Source: Eubacteriales bacterium
GTDB taxonomy: Bacteria > Bacillota > Clostridia > Oscillospirales > CAG-272
DNA length: 38,764 nt
Assembly (NCBI GenBank): GCA_045657645.1
Contig: JAZOTL010000003.1
Location: 1 to 38,764 of the forward strand
Reading direction: 5' to 3'
Position numbers and translations under genes: made by a program. Below are positions 18,095 to 26,017 of the stretch, one piece after another (the stretch's first letter is position 1; every line of letters starts with the position of its first letter). The notes under the pieces are model-generated. The model had not been told where the DNA came from. It did no database searches and was given only the letters and a program-made list of their open reading frames with translations.

Positions 18095-19384
18095 GTGTTC
18101 AAGACATTGCAAAATGCTTGGAAAATTCCTGAACTTCGCAACAAACTTTTGATTACTGCATTCGTTGTAGTGCTCTATCGTTTTGGTGCGGTAGTTCCCG
18201 TTCCTTTCATCGACGCCAATATGATGCTTGAGGCATTCGGACGTGATTCCGCGTCTCTCTTCCAGTATCTGAACATTCTTTCAGGTTCTGCGTTCTCTCA
18301 GGCAACACTCTTCGCACTTTCAATTTCACCGTATATTACGGCATCCATCGTTATTCAGCTTCTCACAGTTGCTATCCCCGCTCTTGAAAGACTTTCAAAG
18401 AACGGCGAGGAAGGCAAGAAGAAGCTTACTCAGATCACCCGTTTGGTGACTGTTGTGCTCGGTCTTGTTACCGCTATAGGTTACTACTTCTATATGAAGA
18501 ACAGCCTTGGCGTTGTAACCGACACCGGTGTATTTGCAGCTATCGTAATTGTTGCTTGTTACTGCGCAGGTACAGCACTTGTTATGTGGCTTGCAGAAAA
18601 GATAAACGAGCACGGTATCGGTAACGGTATCTCTATCATCCTTTTCGCTAATATCCTTTCCGGCGGTTTCTCTATCGTTGGTGATTTCATCAACAGAATA
18701 AAGAAAGGCCCCTGGGGTATCGTTGAGGTTGAAGCGCTTGTATTCGTATCTCTCGCTATCATCACCTTCGTTGTTTTCATTACTGAAAGTGAAAGAAGAC
18801 TTCCCGTTCAGTATGCAAAGAAGGTTGTTGGCAGAAAGATGTACGGCGGTCAGAGCACCAATCTTCCCATTAAGCTTAATATGTCCGGCGTTATGCCCAT
18901 AATCTTCGCTAACTCTATAGTTGCGATCCCTTCCACACTTGCAATCATTTTCCCTGCAAAGGAAGGTACATTATGGTTTAAGTTCCTTAACGCTGTTGGC
19001 TCAGACTCTTGGGTTTATGTTATTTTGTTCGTAGTACTCATCATCGCTTTCGCTTACTTCTATATTTCGATATCCTTCAACCCTGTTGAAGTATCAAATA
19101 ACCTGAAGAAGAACGGCGGTTTCATTCCCGGCATTCGTCCCGGTAAGCCCACTTCCGACTACATTTCAAAGGTTCTTCATAGAATCACCCTTATCGGTGC
19201 GTTCTTCCTTTGTATCGTAGCTGCACTTCCCTTGGTTGCTAACATAGTATCAAAGGGTGCGCTTGGAGCAGGTATCGCCTTCGGCGGTTCTTCACTGCTC
19301 ATCGTTGTAGGCGTTGCAATCGAAACTGCACGTGAGATCGAAAGCCAGATGACTATGCGTCATTATAAGGGATTTCTTGAGTAA
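18095..19384 (+). CDS. secY: Preprotein translocase subunit SecY
   Basis: 429 aa, 10 TM; LRNKLLIT...YRFG..VP.PFID, ISPYITASIVIQLL. GTG start after GAGGTG. Confidence 0.97.
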   Translation: MFKTLQNAWKIPELRNKLLITAFVVVLYRFGAVVPVPFIDANMMLEAFGRDSASLFQYLNILSGSAFSQATLFALSISPYITASIVIQLLTVAIPALERLSKNGEEGKKKLTQITRLVTVVLGLVTAIGYYFYMKNSLGVVTDTGVFAAIVIVACYCAGTALVMWLAEKINEHGIGNGISIILFANILSGGFSIVGDFINRIKKGPWGIVEVEALVFVSLAIITFVVFITESERRLPVQYAKKVVGRKMYGGQSTNLPIKLNMSGVMPIIFANSIVAIPSTLAIIFPAKEGTLWFKFLNAVGSDSWVYVILFVVLIIAFAYFYISISFNPVEVSNNLKKNGGFIPGIRPGKPTSDYISKVLHRITLIGAFFLCIVAALPLVANIVSKGALGAGIAFGGSSLLIVVGVAIETAREIESQMTMRHYKGFLE

Positions 19385-19467
19385 GATATGGTAGATGCCA
19401 CAGGTTGAAGCCCACTGGGTTTCAACCGGCATCAAAAGCCTATCTGCTATATATGAGGAGATTACCA

Positions 19468-20097
19468 ATGAAAATAATATTTTTAGGAGCACCCGGTGCC
19501 GGCAAGGGCACACAGGCAGAAATAGTAAGCGAAAAGTTTAATATTCCTGCAATTTCAACAGGTGCTATCATCCGTGCTGCTATCAAAAATGGTACTGAGA
19601 TGGGCAATAAGGCGAAGGAATTTACCTCCACCGGCGCTCTTGTACCCGATGAAGTAGTTATCGGAATAATCAAAGAAAGGCTCACAGAGCCCGATTGTGA
19701 AAACGGTTTCATTCTTGACGGTTTTCCCAGAACTGTTCCTCAGGCAGAAGCTCTTGACGCTATGGGCGTTGAGATCGACCGCGTTGTGGACATTGATGTA
19801 CCCGATGAGAGAATCGTTACACGTATGAGCGGCAGACGCTCATGCCCCGCTTGCGGAGCAACCTTCCACACTGTTTATAAGCCTTCTTCTACAGGCGAAA
19901 CCTGCGATAAGTGCGGTGTTGAGCTCACTATTCGTGCTGATGATAAGCCCGAAGTAGTTCTGAGCAGACTTCACACTTACCACGAGGTAACAGAGCCTTT
20001 GAAGGATTATTACGCTAAGACCGGAAAGCTTGTAACAGTTGAAGGCCAGGAAGAGGTTGCAGATACTACTGCACTTACTCTCGAGGCTTTAAAGTGA
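19468..20097 (+). CDS. adk: Adenylate kinase (Zn lid form)
   Basis: MKIIFLGAPGAGKGTQ P-loop. The lid has CPACG...CDKCG. ATG 19468 follows GAGGAG; the 21 extra N-terminal codons in the track ORF cover an intergenic hairpin. Confidence 0.96.
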   Translation: MKIIFLGAPGAGKGTQAEIVSEKFNIPAISTGAIIRAAIKNGTEMGNKAKEFTSTGALVPDEVVIGIIKERLTEPDCENGFILDGFPRTVPQAEALDAMGVEIDRVVDIDVPDERIVTRMSGRRSCPACGATFHTVYKPSSTGETCDKCGVELTIRADDKPEVVLSRLHTYHEVTEPLKDYYAKTGKLVTVEGQEEVADTTALTLEALK

Positions 20098-20102
20098 GAT
20101 TT

Positions 20103-20855
20103 ATGATCCGGTTAAAAACTTCAGAGCAGATTGCTCAAATGAAAAAAGCAGGACGCATCACAGGCGAGGCATTACTCCTCGCAGGTGAAGCTGTCAAAGA
20201 AGGTGTTACCACTAAACACCTGGACGATATAATACGCAGATATATAGAAAAGTGCGGAGCTCGCCCCTCATTTCTGGGTTACGGCGGATTCCCCGCAAGT
20301 GCTTGTATCAGCGTAAACGACCAGGTAATACACGGCATACCTTCAGCGGCAACAGTATTAAAAGAAGGCGATATCGTTAAAATCGATGTAGGCGCCTATA
20401 TCGGTGGCTTCCACGGTGACAGTGCAAACACTTTTGCTGTAGGTAAGATAACCCCCGAAGCACAGGCTCTTATAGATGCCACAAAGCAAAGCTTTTGGAA
20501 GGCATTTGAGCAGGTTAAAGAGGGTAACCGAGTAGGTGATATCGGCAATGCGGTGGAGTCTTATGTAAAACAATACGGCTATAGCGTAGTTCGCCGTTAC
20601 GTTGGACACGGAGTAGGGCAGGACCTTCACGAGTCCCCCGACGTTCCCAACTACGGCACACCCGGCAGAGGTCCAAGACTTTCTGTTGGTATGACGATAG
20701 CTATTGAGCCTATGGTCAATATAGGTGCAGCGGATGTTATAGAGCTTGCAGACGGCTGGACAGTTCTTACTAAGGACAGAAGCCTTTCAGCTCACTATGA
20801 GCATACCGTGGCCTTGACCGAAAACGGTGCAGAGGTGCTTACTTATGTTGAGTAA
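20103..20855 (+). CDS. map: Type I methionine aminopeptidase
   Basis: MIRLKTSEQIAQMKKAG..., with metal ligands in DIVKIDVG, HGVG and IEPM contexts. The start could be GTG 20094. Confidence 0.95.
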   Translation: MIRLKTSEQIAQMKKAGRITGEALLLAGEAVKEGVTTKHLDDIIRRYIEKCGARPSFLGYGGFPASACISVNDQVIHGIPSAATVLKEGDIVKIDVGAYIGGFHGDSANTFAVGKITPEAQALIDATKQSFWKAFEQVKEGNRVGDIGNAVESYVKQYGYSVVRRYVGHGVGQDLHESPDVPNYGTPGRGPRLSVGMTIAIEPMVNIGAADVIELADGWTVLTKDRSLSAHYEHTVALTENGAEVLTYVE

Positions 20856-21093
20856 TACCTTGACCGGGCGTTTTGCACTTTCCATTGCTGGTCGTGATAA
20901 AAACCGAGTTTTTATCATAACCGAAGAGTTGGATGAAGGCTATGTTTATATAGCCGACGGAAAACTAAGAAGCGTAGATAAACCGAAGAGAAAAAAGCTA
21001 AAGCATATGATGCTTCTTAATACAGAGAAAGCAGAGCTTCCTCTTACAAATAAGGAGCTTCGCAATGCAATAAATGCTTTATCTCAAGCATAA
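20845..21093 (+). CDS. KOW-domain RNA-binding protein (YbzG-like), conserved between map and infA
   Basis: [18 protein letters not shown] is a KOW-like motif. The position matches what I recall for the small Bacillus gene between map and infA. The start is uncertain (20827 or 20845). Confidence 0.7.
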   Translation: MLSNTLTGRFALSIAGRDKNRVFIITEELDEGYVYIADGKLRSVDKPKRKKLKHMMLLNTEKAELPLTNKELRNAINALSQA

Positions 21094-21110
21094 ATCAGGA
21101 GGAATTTTCC

Positions 21111-21329
21111 GTGGCAAAAGATGATGTAATTGAGTTTGAAGGAACCGTAGTTGAGGCACTTCCGAACGCTAACTTCAAGGTGCAGCTTCCCAACGGACAC
21201 TTCGTTACAGCTCACATTTCAGGCAAATTGAGAATGAATTATATATGGATACTGCCCGGTGATAAGGTAACTGTTGAGGTTTCTATGTATGACCTCACCA
21301 AGGGCCGCATTACCTGGCGTGCAAAGTAA
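21111..21329 (+). CDS. infA: Translation initiation factor IF-1
   Basis: 72 aa; [28 protein letters not shown]...ISGK.RMN.I.ILPGDKV. GTG start after AGGAGG. Confidence 0.97.
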   Translation: MAKDDVIEFEGTVVEALPNANFKVQLPNGHFVTAHISGKLRMNYIWILPGDKVTVEVSMYDLTKGRITWRAK

Positions 21330-21347
21330 GAAAGGAATGGTACTAAA

Positions 21348-21413
21348 ATGAAGGTTAAACCATCCGTTAAGAAAATTTGCGAAAACCCTAAGCACAAGCA
21401 GAGACAGGGCTAA
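21348..21413 (+). CDS. rpmJ: 50S ribosomal protein L36, abnormally short (21 codons; the central Zn-ribbon segment is missing)
   Basis: Hand translation gives [21 protein letters not shown]. This equals canonical L36 residues 1-11 fused to 28-37 (canonical [37 protein letters not shown]). The position between infA and rpsM is as expected. Confidence 0.75.
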   Translation: [21 protein letters not shown]

Positions 21414-21467
21414 GGATTCGCACAGTGCATAGCACAAAAAAATATTACAAGGAGTTAAAGATTAAGT

Positions 21468-21836
21468 ATGGCTCGTATAGCAGGCGTAGATATTCCTAAC
21501 GCGAAGCGTATTGAAATCGCACTTACCTATATATACGGTATCGGCAGAACCACAGCTACAAAGATTCTTGAAGCTACCGGTATTGACCCCGATACACGTG
21601 CTAAGGACCTTACAGAGGACCAGGTAGCTAAGCTTCGTGACGAGATCGAAAACAACCATATGGTAGAAGGTGACCTTCGCCGTGAGGTAGCTATGAACAT
21701 CAAGAGACTTATTGAGGTTAACTGCTACCGTGGTATTCGTCACAGAAAAGGCCTTCCTGTAAGAGGACAGCGTACAAAGACTAACGCGAGAACCAGAAAG
21801 GGTCCCGCAAAGACAATAGCAAATAAGAAAAAGTAA
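21468..21836 (+). CDS. rpsM: 30S ribosomal protein S13
   Basis: 122 aa; [23 protein letters not shown]. Confidence 0.97.
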   Translation: MARIAGVDIPNAKRIEIALTYIYGIGRTTATKILEATGIDPDTRAKDLTEDQVAKLRDEIENNHMVEGDLRREVAMNIKRLIEVNCYRGIRHRKGLPVRGQRTKTNARTRKGPAKTIANKKK

Positions 21837-21853
21837 GGAGTGAGTACCTAAAG

Positions 21854-22249
21854 ATGGCTAACAACACTAAAAAGGTTACCAGAAAGCGCCGTGAGCGCAA
21901 AAATATTGAAAAGGGTGCTGCACACATCAGAGCAACCTTCAATAACACTATTGTAACCATAACAGATGTAGCAGGAAATGCAGTATCATGGGCATCCGCT
22001 GGCGAACTCGGTTTTAAGGGTTCCAGAAAGTCCACTCCGTTTGCTGCACAGATGGCTGCTGAAACAGCTGCTAAGGCTGCAGTTGACCACGGCATGAAGA
22101 CAGTAGAAGTTTTCGTTAAGGGTCCCGGTTCCGGACGCGAATCCGCAATTCGTGCTCTCCAGACCGCAGGTCTTGACATCACTATGATTAAGGATGTTAC
22201 ACCTATTCCCCACAACGGATGCAGACCGCCTAAGCGCCGCAGAGTTTAA
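21854..22249 (+). CDS. rpsK: 30S ribosomal protein S11
   Basis: 131 aa; [18 protein letters not shown]...[17 protein letters not shown]. Confidence 0.97.
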   Translation: MANNTKKVTRKRRERKNIEKGAAHIRATFNNTIVTITDVAGNAVSWASAGELGFKGSRKSTPFAAQMAAETAAKAAVDHGMKTVEVFVKGPGSGRESAIRALQTAGLDITMIKDVTPIPHNGCRPPKRRRV

Positions 22250-22270
22250 TTTTAAGGGAGGATTAATAAT

Positions 22271-22897
22271 ATGGCAAGATATACAGGACCTGCTTGCAAG
22301 CTTTGCCGTAGAGAGGGCACAAAGCTTTTCCTTAAGGGTGAAAGATGCCTTTCCGGTAAGTGTTCCTTTGACCGTAGACCTACCGCTCCCGGTCAGCATG
22401 GCGCAGCAAGAAAAAAGGTTGAAGAATATGGTATGCAGCTTCGTGAGAAGCAGAAGACCAGAAGATACTACGGTGTTCTTGAGAAGCAGTTCAAGAGCTA
22501 TTTCGTAAAGGCAGACAAGATGGAAGGTGTTACAGGTGAAAACCTCCTCAGCCTTCTTGAGAGACGTCTTGACAACGTAGTTTACAGAATGGGTATGGCA
22601 GAGAGCAGAACTGATGCTCGTCAGCTTGTACTTCACGGACATTTCACTCTTAACGGTAAGAAGGTTACTATTCCTTCCATTCTTGTTAAGGTTGGCGATG
22701 TGATCACTGTTAAGGAAAGCAGCCGTTCTTCCTCAAAGATCAAGGGTCTTATCGAAGATCTTGATAACAGAATCAATCCCAAGTGGCTTGATGTAGATAA
22801 GAAGAACGCACAGGCTAAGGTCAATGCACTTCCTAAGAGAGAGGATATTGAATTCCCGTTCGAGGAGCAGCTGATCGTGGAGTTGTACTCCAAGTAA
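22271..22897 (+). CDS. rpsD: 30S ribosomal protein S4 (Zn-finger form)
   Basis: 208 aa; [25 protein letters not shown]...KC. S4 RNA-binding domain present. Confidence 0.97.
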   Translation: MARYTGPACKLCRREGTKLFLKGERCLSGKCSFDRRPTAPGQHGAARKKVEEYGMQLREKQKTRRYYGVLEKQFKSYFVKADKMEGVTGENLLSLLERRLDNVVYRMGMAESRTDARQLVLHGHFTLNGKKVTIPSILVKVGDVITVKESSRSSSKIKGLIEDLDNRINPKWLDVDKKNAQAKVNALPKREDIEFPFEEQLIVELYSK

Positions 22898-22967
22898 TCA
22901 TGCCTCCGATAATAGCAAGGTGCTATTATAAAACACTAATTAAATATAGTAAATGGAGGATATGTTC

Positions 22968-23915
22968 ATGATAGAAATAGAAAAGCCCAATATTGAGACT
23001 ATAGATACAAGCGAAGACGGAAAGCATGGTACATTTATAGTTGAACCTCTGGAGAGAGGATTCGGCACCACACTCGGAAACTCACTTCGTCGTGTGCTTC
23101 TGAGCTCACTGCCGGGCGTTGCAGTCGTATCCATCAAGATCGACGGTGTTCTTCATGAAATTTCAACTATCCCCGGCGTTAAGGAAGACGTTACCGAAAT
23201 CGTACTTAATGTTAAGGGCATAATAGCTAAGCTTTATGCACAGGAGCAGAAGACTGTTGTGATCGACGTTGTTGGTCCTGCAACAGCAACTGCAGGTGAC
23301 ATTAAGTGTGACGGTGAGCTGGAAGTACTTAATCCGGAGCACGTTATAGCTACAGTTGGTGATAACACCAGATTCTATATGGAGCTTACCTTCGACCACG
23401 GCAGAGGATACGTTTCTCAGGAAAAGAACAAGCAGAACAACCCCTCAGCTATCGGAGTTATCCATACAGATTCCATCTACACACCCGTGTACAATGTAAG
23501 CTATAAGGTTGAAAATACCCGTGTGGGCAATGTAACAGATTACGATAAGCTTACGCTCAATGTTGAAACGAACGGAATTATTTCTGCTAAAGAAGCAGTA
23601 TCGTTGGGAGCCAAGATTCTCAACGAACATCTCAACTTGTTCGTAGATCTTTCAGATGAAGCGAAGAAGGCAGAGATTATGGTCGAGAGACCCGAAACTC
23701 AAAAAGAGAAAGTACTTGAGATGGTCATTGAGGAACTTGACATGTCTGTTAGAAGCTTCAATTGCTTGAAGCGTGCAGGCATCAATACCGTTGAAGACCT
23801 TACCATGAGAACCGAAGAGGATATGATCAAGGTAAGAAATCTCGGTAAGAAATCTCTCGAAGAAGTCATTCAGAAGCTTCACTCCCTCGGCTTAGAGCTT
23901 AAGAAGGACGAGTAA
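22968..23915 (+). CDS. rpoA: DNA-directed RNA polymerase subunit alpha
   Basis: MIEIEKP...[29 protein letters not shown]-terminal domain [19 protein letters not shown] 22968 follows GGAGGA; the track ORF starts 5 codons earlier. Confidence 0.96.
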   Translation: MIEIEKPNIETIDTSEDGKHGTFIVEPLERGFGTTLGNSLRRVLLSSLPGVAVVSIKIDGVLHEISTIPGVKEDVTEIVLNVKGIIAKLYAQEQKTVVIDVVGPATATAGDIKCDGELEVLNPEHVIATVGDNTRFYMELTFDHGRGYVSQEKNKQNNPSAIGVIHTDSIYTPVYNVSYKVENTRVGNVTDYDKLTLNVETNGIISAKEAVSLGAKILNEHLNLFVDLSDEAKKAEIMVERPETQKEKVLEMVIEELDMSVRSFNCLKRAGINTVEDLTMRTEEDMIKVRNLGKKSLEEVIQKLHSLGLELKKDE

Positions 23916-23967
23916 AGCAAAAAAATAAAGAACAGTTAACATCAATCTTATAAGGAGGTAAGTAGAA

Positions 23968-24306
23968 ATGCCTAGAAAACTCGGCAGAACCAGCGCACAC
24001 CGTAAGTCTATGCTTCGCGGTATGGTTACTTATTTGCTTGAGAACGGTCAGATTGAGACCACTCTTACAAGAGCAAAGGAAGTGCGCAGCTTAACCGAAA
24101 AAATGATAACCCTCGGCAAGACCAACACATTGGCATCTCGCCGTGCAGCACTTGCATTTATAACCAAGGAAGATGTAGTAAAGAAGCTGTTTGATCAGAT
24201 CGCTCCTAAGTACAGCGATAGAAACGGCGGTTACACCAGCATCTACAAGCTCGGACCCCGTCGTGGTGACGCAGCAGAGATGGCTGTAATCAAATTGGTT
24301 GACTGA
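23968..24306 (+). CDS. rplQ: 50S ribosomal protein L17
   Basis: 112 aa; LGR.S.HRK.MLR......L....I.TT..RAKE.R...EK.IT. Confidence 0.96.
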   Translation: MPRKLGRTSAHRKSMLRGMVTYLLENGQIETTLTRAKEVRSLTEKMITLGKTNTLASRRAALAFITKEDVVKKLFDQIAPKYSDRNGGYTSIYKLGPRRGDAAEMAVIKLVD

Positions 24307-24316
24307 TTATAATTAC

Positions 24317-24349
24317 CCAAAGGCCGTAAATATAATTTACGGCTTTTGG
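24317..24349 (+). terminator. Rho-independent terminator ending the ribosomal superoperon
   Basis: 15-bp stem CCAAAGGCCGTAAAT / ATTTACGGCTTTTGG (one G-T pair), 3-nt loop, with a U-run at the 3' side. Confidence 0.85.
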
Positions 24350-24433
24350 AATATGTTTCATATAGCAAATTGAATTTGTGTAATATGCATATTTATATTA
24401 AATAGTGCATATTATATGGAACAAAAACTGTCA

Positions 24434-24462
24434 TTGTATTCTATCCCGTTTGGTGATATAAT
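24434..24462 (+). promoter_or_regulatory. Sigma-A promoter (extended -10) of the surface-protein gene
   Basis: TTGTAT (24434-24439), 17-nt spacer ending in TGa, TATAAT (24457-24462). Confidence 0.55.
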
Positions 24463-24495
24463 TACAATAACAATAATATTGGAGGAAATAATATT

Positions 24496-25644
24496 ATGAA
24501 AAAGTTCAGCTTAGTTGTTGCTCTCGTACTCTCTATAGTGATGGCTTTGTCGCTGACTGTTTCTGCAGGTCCCAGCGGTATTACAGAGAATGCCCCCATC
24601 GTAGTTCCTAATGCTTCTCCCGTTATTGACGGTAGCATACAGGGCTCCGCTGAAGGATATTCCGCTGTTGCTTTAATGAATGCAAATACCCTTGCATACA
24701 TATGGGCACAGAATCCCCTTACTATGGACGGTAACGTATTCTTTGCATATGATACTAACGGTATCTATGTTGCAGCAAATATTCAGGAAGGTCTTGATGC
24801 ACTGACACCCACAGGTGCTAACGGTGGCGAGATCAACCACGTAACCAAGTCTACCGGCGAAGATGATATCGACGCAAGATTCGGTTGGAATGGTGACGTA
24901 TTTATAATTGCATTTGACCCCTTGAGAAGCCTTTTCGATCTCGGCTTTACAGCTAATGAAGACTATGCACCCCACTACTGTGTAGGTCTTTTTGAGGAAG
25001 GTGCGCGTGTATACCGTACCGAGTGTAATGATGCTGAAATAACCGATAACGTTACCATAGCTGGTAATATGACCGGTGATGACAGCTGGTGCTTCGAAAT
25101 GATGATTCCGTGGGATGTTTTAGTTGATGATATCAACAGCGTTGCTATGGAAGACATAGTTACTGCTGAAAAGCTTCAGGAATCCGGTAGCCTTTTTAAG
25201 GCATCCGCAATGTATATTGACAGATTCTATGATGAAGAAGCAGAAATCGTAGACACATGGGGAAGATTTGCTACAGTTCCTAAGTTCCTTGATGACGGTA
25301 CTGCAGGCGAAAAGAGCTCCGGTGACTGTATTAAGGCTTACGGTCTTAACCTCTTCATTAACAGTCTTCCTGCAGAGCTTCCTGTAACAACCAGTCCGGA
25401 TAGAGCTGACGAAATGCACGATACCGGCGATGCAGTTGTTACAACAGCTCCCGTAGATGCTGGTACAACCGTTGCTGACGGCTCTACATCAGCAGCAAAC
25501 GGCGCAACAACAACCGCTAAGCAGAATACTAACAAGGGTACAAACGGCAGCAGTGCGCAGACCTTTGATATAGGTATTGCAATTGCTCTTGGTGCTATTG
25601 CTACTTCCGGTGTTGGTATCTACGCTACAAAGAAGAGAAAGTAA
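24496..25644 (+). CDS. Secreted cell-surface protein, CBM9/DOMON-like sugar-binding fold, Thr/Ala-rich stalk, C-terminal TM anchor
   Basis: Signal peptide MKKFSLVVALVLSIVMALSLTVSA. IDGS...GNVFFAYDTNGIYVAANIQE resembles CBM9-type modules (from memory). The tail is FDIGIAIALGAIATSGVGIYATKKRK, with no LPXTG. Confidence 0.6.
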   Translation: MKKFSLVVALVLSIVMALSLTVSAGPSGITENAPIVVPNASPVIDGSIQGSAEGYSAVALMNANTLAYIWAQNPLTMDGNVFFAYDTNGIYVAANIQEGLDALTPTGANGGEINHVTKSTGEDDIDARFGWNGDVFIIAFDPLRSLFDLGFTANEDYAPHYCVGLFEEGARVYRTECNDAEITDNVTIAGNMTGDDSWCFEMMIPWDVLVDDINSVAMEDIVTAEKLQESGSLFKASAMYIDRFYDEEAEIVDTWGRFATVPKFLDDGTAGEKSSGDCIKAYGLNLFINSLPAELPVTTSPDRADEMHDTGDAVVTTAPVDAGTTVADGSTSAANGATTTAKQNTNKGTNGSSAQTFDIGIAIALGAIATSGVGIYATKKRK

Positions 25645-25653
25645 TTACTTTAG

Positions 25654-25687
25654 AAAAAAGCTATCACTTTAAGTGATAGCTTTTTTT
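25654..25687. terminator. Bidirectional rho-independent terminator
   Basis: AAAAAAGCTATCACTT / AAGTGATAGCTTTTTTT palindrome with A-run and T-run flanks, between convergent genes. Confidence 0.85.
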
Positions 25688-25714
25688 ACTTTCCGTATAA
25701 TTCTAAAGGGAAGA

Positions 25715-25939
25715 CTACTCGGTTTTATCCTCTACCTCTGCAGATAAGCGTTGGGCACCATCCTTGGCACTTGAAGGAACGGCAAGTAATTGCGCATATG
25801 ACTTTGCCTGGTCTCCCGTATAGGGGACACGGGGAGTCATTCCCGTTCTGTCGTTTACAGAGGCTACAGGATTTGTGAGGAAAGCATCCTTTGAATAATC
25901 GCAAGGATCGTTTACATTTTTACGTTTGTTTTGAGACAT
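25715..25939 (-). CDS. Hypothetical small protein (74 aa)
   Basis: Strong SD AAAGAGGGGTGG lies 7 nt upstream of the ATG. The protein is hydrophilic, with no family recognised. It ends at the bidirectional terminator. Confidence 0.5.
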   Translation of the reverse strand: MSQNKRKNVNDPCDYSKDAFLTNPVASVNDRTGMTPRVPYTGDQAKSYAQLLAVPSSAKDGAQRLSAEVEDKTE

Positions 25940-25945
25940 AAAATA

Positions 25946-26006
25946 CCACCCCTCTTTATTGAAGCATTGCTGCTCCTGTGAGTAGTGTTACTCTAAAGAG
26001 GGATGG
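25946..26006 (-). promoter_or_regulatory. 13-bp stem that sequesters the SD of the 74-aa ORF; could also terminate the Na/Pi transporter transcript
   Basis: On the minus strand CCAUCCCUCUUUA (26006-25994) pairs with UAAAGAGGGGUGG (25958-25946, the SD) through 12 Watson-Crick pairs plus one G-U. The loop is 35 nt, followed by UAUUUUAUG. Confidence 0.45.
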
Positions 26007-26017
26007 TTATGCGAGGT

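Noticed and set aside
19405-19467. N-terminal extensions in track ORFs, for example adk starting at 19405, rpsE at 16861, rplX at 14376, rpoA at 22953 and the Na/Pi transporter at 27823
   Set aside because: The extensions overlap upstream genes or intergenic hairpins, lack an RBS, and are absent from canonical protein N-termini. Internal ATG codons preceded by GGAGG-type RBSs give the conserved starts.
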